A stretch of 64,000 nucleotides of DNA from Tubulanus polymorphus (taxonomy: Eukaryota; Animalia; Nemertea): assembly GCF_964204645.1 (NCBI RefSeq), contig NC_134025.1:29120299-29184298 (forward strand), written 5' to 3'. Of the stretch, positions 26,297 through 61,600 are shown in pieces. The notes under the pieces were generated by a model. The model saw only the letters and a program-made list of their open reading frames with translations, was not told the origin of the DNA and did not search any database. The position numbers and the translations under genes were made by a program. Position 1 is the stretch's first letter, and every line of letters starts with the position of its first letter.

Positions 26297-28178
26297 ATGA
26301 ACGCTCCTCGATGTCCTGCTGGAATTCTTCTAACGACAATCTACAAACATTTATCTGTTCGTCGCCTGTGTAGAAAACACGAACTGGTATATTATGGTAC
26401 AGTGACTGGGCGGCACTATCGCAGTTATTCATCACTTCATCCAACATCAGGCTGGAAAATATGTTTCTTTGGTACAGATGATTTTGCATTATCCTCTCTG
26501 CAAGCGTTATCACGTAACAGGTTAGCCTAACTTAACTGGTATCATTGGAGTTCATACCATTCAGATGAGTTAAAATATCTGTTTTTAATGTGTTTTTTTT
26601 TCAGAATTCCTGAACATCAGTTGGTGCATTGTGTAGATGTAGTGACTTCATCACAAAATGTAATCCAATATCGTAAAATCGCTTCTGTAAATCGTGAATA
26701 TTTCGGGGAGTTTTCAACTAGTTGTCATTCTAATTGATGTATGATCATTTTCAGTCAGCTGTTGGGGAATTTAGCAATGAACATGGATTAAGTATGGAAA
26801 CGTCATGGCCTGTAAATATAGAAAAAGACAAATACGACATTGGTGTAGTGGTTTCATTCGGTCATCTTATTCCGGAAAGAATAATAACAGCATTTAAATA
26901 GTACGCGTGCTGAATTGCGTTCTTTGCGCCTTTAACGCCGGGTAGAATATAATCCGAACATTCGAATCTTTCAGCGGTGTCGTGAATGTCCATCCGAGTT
27001 TACTGCCTAGGTGGAGAGGAGCTGCGCCTATAGTGCACACTATTCTACACGGTGATCGACTTACTGGCGTGTCCGTTACTGAAATTCTTCCAAAGAGGTC
27101 GGATCGGATAGCAGATGATTATACCGGAAGTGTTTTGTAACGATATTTTAGTAAAAACGCTACGGTCTATTGAATTGATTTTACAGATTTGACATAGGTC
27201 CCGTTTTACTGCAGGAAAAATACGCGATTCCAAAGAACTACACGAGTGTCGAATTACGGAGAGATTTAGCAGAAATTGGGGCTAAACTTGTGAGCATAAG
27301 TTTGAATAGTAATTAGTCGGTAGTACGTATTGTTGTATATCATTTCATTTTATTTTTACCTTTTTAGTTGATGAATGTTTTATCAGATTTTGAGCGTGTA
27401 CAGAAATCAAAAGTTTTTCAAAATCACGACGGTGCCACGCATGGTTTGTATTTCATATACTACATAAAATCGCGGCTCGATTCACAGATATACGTGGAGC
27501 CTGTGCGAGTTATTCGACTTTCAATTTAATTTTTATTTTGTTTTTTCGTAGCTCATAAGATCAGTGTCAACATTTCGTATGTCGATTGGCAAAACTCAAA
27601 AGTGTGCGATGTGTGGGCAAAATATCGGGCCCTTTATTCTATAGTAAATATTAGAAAAATGTATCCGTTTAGTTCTGCTGTATATTTGTAAATGAAATTA
27701 CTTTGTAAAAATCTGATTTCAATTCAGTTTGATTTGAGGAGTTACTACAAGAATCACATCATACGATTATTGAACATTGTGGAACCAACGAACGGTAAAT
27801 ACCAAGCTATTCTGCAATGAAAATCATATACATGTACCTATGAAGACTGTTTGCTTGATGAAAAGGCCAATTTTATTTCTTTCAGAGGAAATTGTAATCC
27901 TAGGAAATGTTAAAGATATCAGAGAAGGAACTCCAGTTTTTTGTAAAACAAAGAAGATCCTTTACGTTCGATGTAAAGTGAGTCTATCGTATCTCATTTA
28001 AATGAATGATATTTACTTATATACGTCGTTATATACTCGACGGTTTGTTTTTTAGGATGGCTGGATTGGATGTCAAGAAGTTGTGTACAAGAAAAAGATG
28101 TCGGCTTTGGCTTTCTATAACGGCTATCTCACAAAGGCAGAAAACGCCGAAGAAATATTCACCTCAATCAACAGCTGA
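26297..28178 (+). CDS. MTFMT: Mitochondrial methionyl-tRNA formyltransferase (~10 exons)
   Basis: Arg-rich N-terminal presequence, then [51 protein letters not shown] and the C-terminal AFYNGYL. Confidence 0.93.
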
Positions 28179-29320
28179 TACCCGAATCTAGTCCATAAAT
28201 ATGTCTTAATTTGTATCTAATAAATCTACTTAATCCAATGTGTTTCTATATTCGGTATCGTTCTCTGTCTTATTAGTCTCGAGCAGCTCAGTGAAATTAC
28301 GCATGGATGATGCCGTCTCATTCACCAAGGAGGGTGGGCTTCCCTTCATTCTCTGTCGGTGCTGAGTGACAAGCGGGTTCGAATCGAGGCTTGCCGCGAG
28401 GTTAAATGAACAATCCACGATTGGGCTAGGCTTGGTATGGATGTATAAACTAGTCTGAACGTCAATAATCCACACGACGTGCAGCAAAGCGAGCGAGAAG
28501 TTGAGGATTCTGAAAGAAACGACTGTAAACGAACCACGTTTGACGCGGTTGTAGGAATTCTGATGAATACGCGTACTTCATTCATAAACTGTCAACGTAA
28601 GCTCGTGTTAAAGTTCAGTCCGTCAGTTGATCTTGAGACATAACTGCAGCACACCGGGGTCAAAATATCTCCCCGATCCCGATTCATGTCTGATCAACTA
28701 ACGGATTATACGGACGAAGATTAAGACAGCACAGAAAATGTATTAACAAACTGCGGTTACAAATTTATTTTTATCACATGTTTCTCATATTTTATTTTAA
28801 CAACATCATGGAATGTTTGTATTTTATGTAGCCTACTTATCATCATCAGGACATCCACGATCATCCTCACTTAGTACGCTCCCGCGTTAAACCAGCCCCT
28901 TGTGTGAATATCATGGATATAAAAACAAACCGTGCGCGTAAAACAAAGACGTTTCACTCTCGTATTCACATGTTACATAAAAGGAAGGCACAAACAAGTA
29001 AAGGTGACAATTACATGTATATAAATGAACTCGCATTTTATGATGTAAAAAGCTTCGCTAAACACTAATAATTAATGCTCAAATGTGCCATTGATTTCCG
29101 CATTCGCGTCAAAATATTCCCCTCTGAGATTCTTTTAGTATTCGTCGAGGATAAATGATAGTCGGAATGATTTTGTTGAATTACCCATACGTAGCTTCGA
29201 TTGGCTGCTCAACTGATTAGTTTGAGTGGACTGCAATAAATGATATTTTCTACATGTATATTGAATAATTTATACGTTAGTTGATGAACTACACATATAT
29301 ATATATATATGTATGGTCGA

Positions 29321-49214
<19,894 letters not shown>

Positions 49215-50525
49215 GATGTCAGCAGCAGCAGCAACCGTCTGGAGTTAACTGACTAGTTTACAGCATCACGCAGCATCAATGTCACTGGACCACATCCATT
49301 TGCGATACGGGCGAATGTGATCGATCACGCATCCCGGTTCACCGTTTGGCGTCACAATGCGACCATCAGACAACTAACCCTCCTCTTCGTCTATTTTGTC
49401 TAATTCTATATTTTTCAACCTCGTGGATAAAAGGAATCGTGCACATATATAAATACAACTGTACTTGTCATTTAAGTAATTTCATTAGAATCGCTTTGTC
49501 GATGTTCTTTCGTCGAAATATCAAACGTTTCATGTGTGCCCTTAAGATACACAAGAGAATAAACTCTGTTCATCCCCGTGGACGAAACGACACAAAATAT
49601 TCCGCGCATATATTGGTGGCAGGGGGAATTCTTATCCCATTCCTTGTCACAGCAGTTGATTGGGGTAATTCAATGTTCGGTGAAGGGTGCCGCATCAATT
49701 TACGTTCATTTACCTTCGTAATGACAGGTTTTCAAGCCGAGTTTATGTAGCTTTCACCCGGGGGACTGATTCCCATCCACGTCGATCCATTTGCCAATAA
49801 CATACGTCCACTTGGCTGATTGCTGCTAGCGGTCAGGGAATATCGTATTGTCCTCGCCCCATCCAAAAAAGCTTTGCAAATTAGGATTTGAGTTGTCACC
49901 TCGAAATAAAAACAGCCGGTTATTCATCACGACCTTGAAGGTTTGAGATGCCGTAACGTAAAACCTTTAGAATAAGAGACACACCTTTAAAATAGGAGAG
50001 AAAACACGTGAATAAAGATTGAAGCTTGTTTTATTGAAACTTGTTACGTCTATAGAAATGAATGTCACAAAATGATTATGATTGAAGTGATTTTCTAGGC
50101 TTCACATACGATTTACTGATTCAGACATTCTTACACTGTTTCACATACGAACTGTATTTTATAGGTACATGATCAATTAGCACGAATCAACTATTAATAA
50201 AGAATGCAAGTCGGTGATTATAATGCAGCAGACTCAGTCTATAGCGGTACCGGTCTATCAGGTAATCTGTTCAAACTCGGAGAACCCTATCATAAAGATG
50301 AAAACAATTTAAATCTTAAAGGAGATTAAGATATTTTGTCCCTATTTGTCAACGTAGAAAATCCGAAGATCTATACCGGAGTGTCTAAGCGGTAACATTT
50401 TTCCGGTCTCGGTGCTACCTCTATAGGCGGAGTCTACTGTACGCGTTTTGATTAACATTTTTGCCACTGTTAGGAACTAGAATATTAAGTAGAGCGTTGA
50501 TTAATAAAGAAACGACCGGATACAC

Positions 50526-53010
<2,485 letters not shown>

Positions 53011-53149
53011 CCCAGGGCGTCGCGTCTTATCTCGTTCCCGGTAGCCTACACGCTAGAAGTGTACATGGTATCGGGGAAATCCCACCCGAAACGACTGTTA
53101 GAACGATAACGCAATTTAGGTAATATCGTACGGAAGCCCCGGCCTTGGT

Positions 53150-53440
53150 GACTTACGAGATAATATTTTCATAATTTCGACTTATTCGAGTTATTATCTC
53201 GGTTTTTGACATAATGATATAAAAATATGTCGAAATCCGGCTTATCATGTTTTATTATATGATTTGAGTTTTCTTTTCATGTCGAATTTGATGTTATTTC
53301 TATGTACTAGACGTATTATCTCGAAATTCGACATAAAAATAACTCGAAATTCGTAACTCGAATTTCGACATAATTAACTCGAGATTCGACTTATTATGTC
53401 GAATTTCGACATCTAGAAAATCTATAACATTATATCTAAC
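53150..53440. repeat. Degenerate TCGA-containing short-period repeat array (probable transposon-internal repeat)
   Basis: Recurring tcgaaattcg / ttcgacataa / ctcga units in both orientations. Confidence 0.55.
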
Positions 53441-53649
53441 AGTAATTTGAAGAAAATTGAAAATTGTCAAATCCATATTTTGAAAAAAGATTATTTCCCA
53501 TAGGCGTACTATGTTTCGTAAAAACGATGAAATCAATAAATGGATATGCAGAGGGTGTTCGATGTTTAATGGAGCCTATGTACAACTCGAATAATTCTTT
53601 TTTTAATATAAATCGACCCGTTGGATTCCGACTCTAACAACAAAGATCA

Positions 53650-53731
53650 GTCCCAATTCCATAGCGCTCGGTAAGCTGAACAAAAAGTTAAGACCAGTTT
53701 ATTTCCAAGTTTCTAACTGTGGAACGGGGTC
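53650..53731. mobile_element. Short MITE-like hairpin related to 14332-14437
   Basis: cccaattccatag ... ctgtggaacgggg imperfect inverted ends. Shares ctaactgtggaa with the 14332 element. Confidence 0.4.
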
Positions 53732-53926
53732 AAGAGTTAATTTTCGCTCAGTGGTGTTGGGTGAATAGATTGAATAATTGTGTGCAGTATTCGAGGGAAC
53801 GTAGAAATGATTGGCTTCTCTATATCTATACGACTCTTTGAATTATTGTTCAGTGCATTTGATGGTTTCAAAAACTGTAAATAAATCAATGATGGGGTAT
53901 AAAACAGTTCATGATGAGGTGATATT

Positions 53927-54913
53927 CTAACACAGCAATTGTTTAGCAGCTGCACGGTAAATATCGCTAGCGATTAAATACACCAAACAGTTCACTGCGG
54001 AATCAATCGGTGTCAAATTGTCAGAGATTTGTGCCACATATTCTAATGCTATTGGTACTTTCTTGGACTTGTCCGTGACGAATTGAGATAAACGAGAGAT
54101 AAGCGATGGGAGTTCACAGAGTAAAAACAGCGTTGTGGTTACAAATACTAGTTTCGTAGCTTTGTTGTTTGCGACGGCGGATTTTGTGGAGTCGTTGTTC
54201 GTCAAAGAAGCGCGCTCTTTCCTTGACTTATGAAGGGAATAAATTAACAAAAAGTTTGCTACCGTTAAAAGCAATACCGGTGTCACAACTGTGACAAATA
54301 TGAATACGTACCGATCTACAATATTAACCATGGGATGTTTCTTGAATTTCCATTCAAACGGACCATCAATTGTACTTATTTCGCACCTTTGACGAGTTAT
54401 TTTGGCCCCGAAATATCTATTAACATAAAGAAGAACCGAAAATATCGAAACTGCTATTATGATTTTGTTGATTTGTTGCCTTTCAAAGTTTTTCCGAGCC
54501 CATAAAGGGAATAAGATATGTATACATCGATCTAAGGCGACTAAGACAACTATCCAGTTACGTAGATTCAATGTCGTCTTGTACGAAGCGATGCAAACCC
54601 AATGCCACATCGGAAATATAGCGTAATCGTGATGATGGAAAATTTCATCGCCGTAAAGACTTCGGTAAATGATATGCCTGAGCGGGCTATCGACGAACAT
54701 ATTTGCTAGATACGCGATATCAGCACCCGTCATTACTCGTAACAGATAAATTGAGTTAACTGATGATTTCAAGTTCTTCAACACAAGAAAACTGAATACA
54801 TTCAACAATGTTCCAATAAAACTGATTCCACCGAGAAGAAATAATATCATATAGTGACGATACTCGTAGAAAGATTGTCGAGGACAGAATAATGGAGCGG
54901 TGGAATCGTTCAT
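53927..54913 (-). CDS. Intronless rhodopsin-class GPCR (FMRFamide-receptor-like/putative chemoreceptor clade), paralog A, 328 aa
   Basis: Seven hydrophobic segments, DRC at the TM3 end, FLLCELP in TM6, DSAVNCLVY in TM7, N-glycosylation site NDS. First ATG is at 54913; the ORF-track start is a TTG. Confidence 0.9.
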   Translation of the reverse strand: MNDSTAPLFCPRQSFYEYRHYMILFLLGGISFIGTLLNVFSFLVLKNLKSSVNSIYLLRVMTGADIAYLANMFVDSPLRHIIYRSLYGDEIFHHHDYAIFPMWHWVCIASYKTTLNLRNWIVVLVALDRCIHILFPLWARKNFERQQINKIIIAVSIFSVLLYVNRYFGAKITRQRCEISTIDGPFEWKFKKHPMVNIVDRYVFIFVTVVTPVLLLTVANFLLIYSLHKSRKERASLTNNDSTKSAVANNKATKLVFVTTTLFLLCELPSLISRLSQFVTDKSKKVPIALEYVAQISDNLTPIDSAVNCLVYLIASDIYRAAAKQLLC

Positions 54914-55532
54914 TTTCTCAAGACTTCCCGCTGTGAATCGCCACGAAGCATGCAATTTTTTTTTACAGAAGATGATGATAGTTCATGATGGTCTCTCTCC
55001 TAGTGAGTTGTTAACCATCTATTATTTTCGCCATAGATAATTCATAAACTACTATCTTTTCACCGTGTATCGATTATGAGTTTTCGATTTTAAAAACTTG
55101 ATGGGACCCGAAATGCGATCATTATTTCTCAATGGTTTTTTTCCGACGGAGAATATCAACGCACGAATTGAATATATATATGATAATGATATATTCATCT
55201 ATCGTCCAAATATTCTCTCTTAGCACCAATAGTTTAAATTCAGTGGAATGACAGTATGTGCTATTCAAAATGGAAAGATTTACCATATAAAAAGGGCGTG
55301 CAATGTATATATGAGGCCATTGCGTTCATGTAAACTTGTAAGTTGAGAATTCCAATCCTGCTCCGTAACTCCATCAATAATTTAAGACTTTTTAGTGACT
55401 TTCAGGTTTCGCTTGAATAATTAATCGTTCACAATACTTGTTGTTTATCTAGATTTGTCTTGACAACCTTTTCTTGAGGTTTGGTTCTAAAATTCAGTGA
55501 TTCAAACCGATTATGTTTATGCGACTGTAATC

Positions 55533-56282
55533 ATGGATTTGTCGAACTCGGGTCCGGCTGGAGGTGTAGAGTCAAATGACTACAAGAAAGAATTGATGAA
55601 ATATAATCTCGAAATAGACAAACAAAAACGTACGTACCAAAGATTGATGAATAATGCTATATTTTCGGCGACCAGAAAATTTAGTAAAAAAGTGACATTA
55701 TCAATGAAAGAGCGACGAAATTTGGAATCGACTGAATGTACGGAAGTCAACCTTGGTACAAAGATTTCAGATAAGAACTTCAGCGTAAGTATCTTGCCTA
55801 ATACATATAATGTATATATCGCTTAATAGCTTTAAATCAGATATTCGTGAATACGTATTCATGATCGTCTTTATTCAAAACAGAAAACAGAGAAAAATGT
55901 GAACATACGAACAGACACGCGTCTGGTGTGGCAGCACATCACAGATAGGTGGAGATCTGACTTCATAAAACAGACCAACAAACAAAACTTGCCAATATTA
56001 ACCAGAAATAAACGGTTTTACAGTTCACCGGTTAAAAGAAAGCCAAAAGTACAAGAACAAAATCCTATATTCATGCGGCCGCGAGAACATAACTTTTTAG
56101 ATGATATAAGGAAATCGAAGCCAAGATTTAGATTGGTGAGTGGCAGGAAGTATGGTCCATACGAGGGATTTTCATCTCTTTCGCTCGTACACCCAGTAAC
56201 TAACGTGGTGATGCAAAATACACAAAAGGACATCATGCGCTATCGCAATGAAACTACACGTATAATGCAAATGAGAGAATAA
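55533..56282 (+). CDS. Basic ~216-aa orphan protein (2 coding exons) between the two GPCRs
   Basis: ATG at 55533 (atcATGG). Exon 55533-55784, GTAAGT...CAG intron 55785-55883, exon 55884-56282 in frame. AATAAA at ~56392. Confidence 0.7.
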
Positions 56283-56462
56283 ATTGATTATGAACTAGAT
56301 TGGACTCGGAGGATCATTGATATTCGAGGTAATTTATGTGATAACTTAAGAGTTTCGAACGCATTTTAAGTTACAGGCAATTGTTCTATATAATAAATTC
56401 GAGTTTCAATAGATCAACAACGACCAGTTAGAAAAATATATATACATCAATTGATTCTTACT

Positions 56463-57476
56463 TTAACATGACAACAAATTTTTAGCAGCTGCGCGGTAAA
56501 TATCGCTAGCGATTAAATATACCAAACAGTTCACTGCGGAATCAATCGGTGTCAAATTGTCAGAGATTTGTGCCACGTATTCTAATGTTATCGGTACCTT
56601 TTTGTTCTTGCCCAATGCAAAACGAAATAAACGTGAAATGAGCGTAGGAAGTTCACAGAGTAAAAACAGCGTTGTGGTTACAAATACCAGTATCGTAGCT
56701 TTGTTGTTTGCGACAGCGGATTTTGTGGACTCGTTATTCGTCAATGAAGCGCGCTCTTTTCCGGAACGACGTAAAGTCCCGATAAGAAGGAAATTAGCCA
56801 ATATCAAAAACGATACAGGGATCAAGACTGTGACAAATATGAATACGTACCGATCTACAATATTAACCATAGGATGTTTCTTGAATTTCCATTCAAACGG
56901 ACCATCAATTGTACTTATTTCGCACCTTTGACGAGTTATTTTGGCCCCGAAATATCTATTAACATAAAGAAGAACCGAAAATATCGAAACTGCTATTATG
57001 ATTTTGTTGATTTGTTGCCTTTCAAAGTTTTTCCGAGCCCATAAAGGGAATAAGATATGTATACATCGATCTAAGGCGACTAAGACAACTATCCAGTTAC
57101 GTAGATTCAATGTCGTCTTGTACGAAGCGATGCAAACCCAATGCCACATCGGAAATATAGCGTAATCGTGATGATGGAAAATTTCATCGCCGTAAAGACT
57201 TCGGTAAATGATATGCCTGAGCGGGCTATCGACGAATATATTTACTAGATACGCGATATCAGCACCCGTCATTACTCGTAACAGATAAATTGAGTTAACT
57301 GATGATTTCAAGTTCTTCAACACAAGAAAACTGAATATGTTCAGAATGGAGCCCACGAAACTAATTCCACCGATTAAGAAAATTATCGTATAGTGTCTGT
57401 AGTCGTAGAATTCCAGACGAGGACATAATTCTTCCACTAGAACCGAATCGTTTGGACTCTGAGAACTCAATGTCAT
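56463..57476 (-). CDS. Intronless rhodopsin-class GPCR, paralog B, 337 aa
   Basis: Same 7TM motifs as paralog A, and identical to it over its central region. Confidence 0.92.
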   Translation of the reverse strand: MTLSSQSPNDSVLVEELCPRLEFYDYRHYTIIFLIGGISFVGSILNIFSFLVLKNLKSSVNSIYLLRVMTGADIAYLVNIFVDSPLRHIIYRSLYGDEIFHHHDYAIFPMWHWVCIASYKTTLNLRNWIVVLVALDRCIHILFPLWARKNFERQQINKIIIAVSIFSVLLYVNRYFGAKITRQRCEISTIDGPFEWKFKKHPMVNIVDRYVFIFVTVLIPVSFLILANFLLIGTLRRSGKERASLTNNESTKSAVANNKATILVFVTTTLFLLCELPTLISRLFRFALGKNKKVPITLEYVAQISDNLTPIDSAVNCLVYLIASDIYRAAAKNLLSC

Positions 57477-58128
57477 CGTGTGTTACATCCAACAGTGGAC
57501 TGCATGAGGGCGGACGAGATCGAACTGAATTGGTGGCAGTTTCTAGAAAATCTATCTAATTGCAAACTGAAAAAAAACTGCATGTGGTGCAGTAATTGCG
57601 ACTCGCTCTTGGTTCGGTGAGGATTTGAAAAAAAAGAAAATTGTGCGACTAAGATGAAATCCTCGTGGCCAGAATCGTGGTATCCCCTGGAAACTTCGAT
57701 TACCGATATTTCCCACGTATAATGGGATGATTGAACAATTTTCTTGTCCAACGATCACCACCAGTGACGCACCGATCATGAATCATAAGACCAAAAGCAG
57801 CATCATAACTAAATTAAGTTTATTGAAGTAAAAATATAGCAACAGGAAACCCAGAAATATACTTTTTAACGCTGACACGAAACAACCGTTAAAATTAATG
57901 CCAAAATATACGATCAGTTATTGCTAATTGAAACATAATAATGATTTTCACAATATCACAGATTAAACTCATTGAAAATGCAAAACTAACACAGCTAATT
58001 TGGCACACAAACTACTTTATCATATCACACTTATATGATATATAAGTCCCACAATCACAAGTTCGAAAGAGATTTTAAAACACCAAAACTATGAAAATGT
58101 ATCAAAACCTCGAATTTTCGGTTTTATT

Positions 58129-58208
58129 CTAAAAACCATTTTCAAGAATGATGATCTTGATAATCTTGATAATCTTGAGTGATAATCACCCTTGAAAATG
58201 GTTTTTAG
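58129..58208. repeat. Perfect 18-bp inverted repeat enclosing a 3x atcttga(ta) tandem
   Basis: ctaaaaaccattttcaag ... cttgaaaatggtttttag. Lies in the probable 3'UTR of the 58624-63045 gene. Confidence 0.75.
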
Positions 58209-58623
58209 GGACTTATATTTCATTCGTCTCTCGCGATTTATTGCGTAGTTTCATCACGTTAGCCTATAATCAATCTTTTAGTTCATTTGATGAAACCTTT
58301 TCATTTGAGTACAGATAGAAATAAAAACAGAATATTCAAATAACTGATAAGAAGTGTGCGTTACTTCTTATCATGACGAAATTAATATATGGGAACTATA
58401 TTAGCACACTAAACTCGATCAGTTGATGATTCTATAGTTCATCTATCAGCAGTAAACGAAAATGTTCTTTCAATTGTCTTTTCACCTTCATTTCGCTCGA
58501 AACGCAAATTCGGTCGGTGCTTATTGCTGAAAAAGATGAACAGTGACCGTTTTTTCAATTCATTCATGACATTCATTTTTATGCTACCACTTGATATGAA
58601 AATTCATAAAGATACCTTATTAA

Positions 58624-61600
58624 CTAAAATCTGACATTTTTCTTTGGATTCCAAGGGCCCCTGGATCGCGGTTTGAACTCATCTTCATTTGCGTGATCGG
58701 CGATTGTCCCGCTGACGAGTTCTCTTCTGATCTGCAGCAAATTTTTCATTGTCTCAGATGGCGATTGGAATTGTACCAATGGACTTTTTGGTCGGTTTCT
58801 GGAAAAGCGTGGGCTGGAAGGAGTCCTGGCCGGACTTCCCAAACTTCTTGAACGCACTTGAGGATTTAAAGAATAATGGTCCGAGCGATTTGTATCCGTC
58901 ACGTGGAAATTTAACCTGTAATTGGGTGGTAATGGATCTTCTTTGTTTCTATCTCTAAAAGCACGTGGTTGATATCTACTGCTTTGGGCGCTTCTGGGAC
59001 TGTACTGAGTTGTGGAAGGTTCCGCATAATTCATTTCTCTAGACTCCATAGATGTTACACTAATTGGTGCAGATACTGATTTATATTTATGCCCGTCGGT
59101 TGGTATATTTCTGCGGCTTAATCTGGGGCTAAGATAATCCGGAGTCCGTTGTCCAGAATAATCTGACCGTGGACTGTGATATTCCGACAGTTCAGTTCGG
59201 GTAGTGACTGACCTAGGACTTCGCGGTTCCGGAGTTTTTCGTGCGGCCATGAAACGTTCTTCTTCTTCTATGTGTTCTTCCATTTCCGCAACATGGTGTT
59301 GTTTGATTGCATTTACACTTTCATTAGCTTGTCGAGTGCATTCTTCTAGATACTCTTTTGTCACTCTTTTCACTTGCTCGTCGACCTCTTTTGGCTCACC
59401 TCTGACAATTGGTAGCATAATATCTGTATACCAAGGATCATCTATAGTTTCTAGCAGCTGATCAGTACTTCCCATATGATAGGCCAGCTTCGCTTCCGCT
59501 AACTCAGTCATTGTCCTCGGATGGTCATAGTCTTGAATGATTCTCTCAATAACTTCAACTCTATCTTTACGAATTTTATCTAAGCCGCCTTTGGAAAGAG
59601 GTGACGTGCCTTCGTCTTTTACTTTTTTAAAAATTGGCGTAGCTCTTCCATCTGGGCCAATGGTCTGGGTTCCCTCATCAACAGTGGCAGTACTCATCCG
59701 ACTTGAACATCGCGATCGGTCATCCTCGGGATTTTCTGCGTCCTCGTCATTTATCTGTAGTCTCGGTACATTTGGTTTGGAATCTCTTTGTGGCAACTGA
59801 GAAGATAGAATTGCCTCTGTCATCGTTCCGTAGCCACTTTCATTCAGTTCATCGCGTGTTGTATATATGTGCACGGAATGATTTTTGTCGGAGTCTTCGG
59901 AAGTTGGAAAATTGTCTGTATTTCTAGTATTTGAATTTGGAGCATCTGAAGAACTTGAATCACCGATTGGTATGAAACCAGTTGATACATTAATAGCTTC
60001 ATTGTGATTACCCAGATTAATATTCATAGAACTTTCAGTTTCCGGCTTCCTGTTAGAACTCGTGTCATGTCGAAGATTTCCGATTGATGTACCAATAGTT
60101 TCGGGTTGGGATATATTTGTTTGTCCAAGATGCTGTTGTTGTTCGAATATATTTGGCTGTTCCATATGTTGTTGGTGGGGCATATTTGGTTGTCCAACAT
60201 GCTGAGGTTGAGATATATTTGGTTGTCCGAGATACATTGGTTGAGGCATATTTGGCTGTCTAAGATGCTTTTGTACCGCGGATATATTTGGCTGTCCAAT
60301 ATGCTGTGGTTGAGGCATATTTGGCTGTCCAATATGCTGTGGTTGAGGCATTGGTGGACCATGCTGTGTGTGAGACATGTTTTGCTGTCCTTCTAGCTCT
60401 GTAGGTATCGGCGGACATACTTCTCTTACCATGGCCCCATCGGCAGTAAGTCGGCACCTTATGACAGGTTGTGATACCAAAGGCGTTCCCTGGTTTGGCA
60501 TCATCTGATTTAGATTGGTATTTAGTTGATTCGTAGAACGGCCCTGTGTGCCAGGTGGTACGTGTTCCTGATTGTAGATGCTTTGCTTAAATCCATAACT
60601 ATTCGGAGGTTCTGGTGGTGTACCGATTTGATTAGGCGTCTTTGCGGTAGACATATCACCAGAGTGTAGCACACTTGGTATAAATCCGTATGGTAAAGAT
60701 AGAGTCTCCGGTGCCCCTTGGTGTTGATTCCCGTTTGTGATCGGGTAGGTATTCAGATTATTTCCACCTTCTAGGTTGGCAGCTTTCGTTGTTTCATAGT
60801 ACAAAGGCATACCCCCTTGGTTGTTGGAGTATATTGCATTAATCGGAATTCCACGCGTTCTTTGATTATTCGAGGGGTTTCCTTGACTGCTAGAGATCTG
60901 CTGATTAGGAAAACCTGTTTGTGCATTTGCTATTTGGTCACTTGTATGTGTTTGGCCTTGTTGTTGCTGCTGTATTGATTTGTCAAAATTCACTGGTGAA
61001 GTTGGTAACTGTTTGACAGTTCCTTGTGAAGTGAGATTTCCTCCTTCATAACTTGCGCTATTTAGAACTGATACGTTTTCACATAAAATGTGTCCGTCGT
61101 CATTTTCAGCGGATATCGGTAGTGCAGGGGATGAAGTTCTGGCAGCACTGTCGGTTTTATCTCCAGAGTCAAGAGGTCCATTTTTCGGCGAATTCGATAG
61201 ATTTCCAGAAAGGAAATGATCGGAATTCTCTTCAAAATCAAAGTTAGGAGAACGTCCGGCATATTCGGTCACTTGCGTTACCGCAATCATTTCTGGTTCT
61301 GTAATATCAAGTTGCTTTCGTTTGGATTCGGATGATGTATGATTTATTTTGTTATGTTCAGATAGAACTAAGGTCTCTTCTTTCAGCACATTAATCGGTT
61401 GTATCTCGTCATCGCGATTATCAATCGCATTTCGATCATCGTCCGGATTTGAGATTACCTCGAATTCGTCATCATTGTTCGTCACGAACTCGCTGTCTGA
61501 AACCTCTGCCCATTCGTCGATGTATGTAAAATCTGATGCTATTGAACTAGCGGTAGAGAAACATGTTTGTGTACCGTTTACAACGTTTGGAAATTCGAAA

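Noticed and set aside
28176-28360. Selenocysteine readthrough/SECIS after the MTFMT TGA
   Set aside because: The protein is already complete at the TGA, and no correctly spaced AUGA-AA-GA SECIS core was found.
28350-28400. tRNA gene suggested by GGTTCGAATC
   Set aside because: The T-stem does not pair (gcggg/cgagg), and no cloverleaf could be built.
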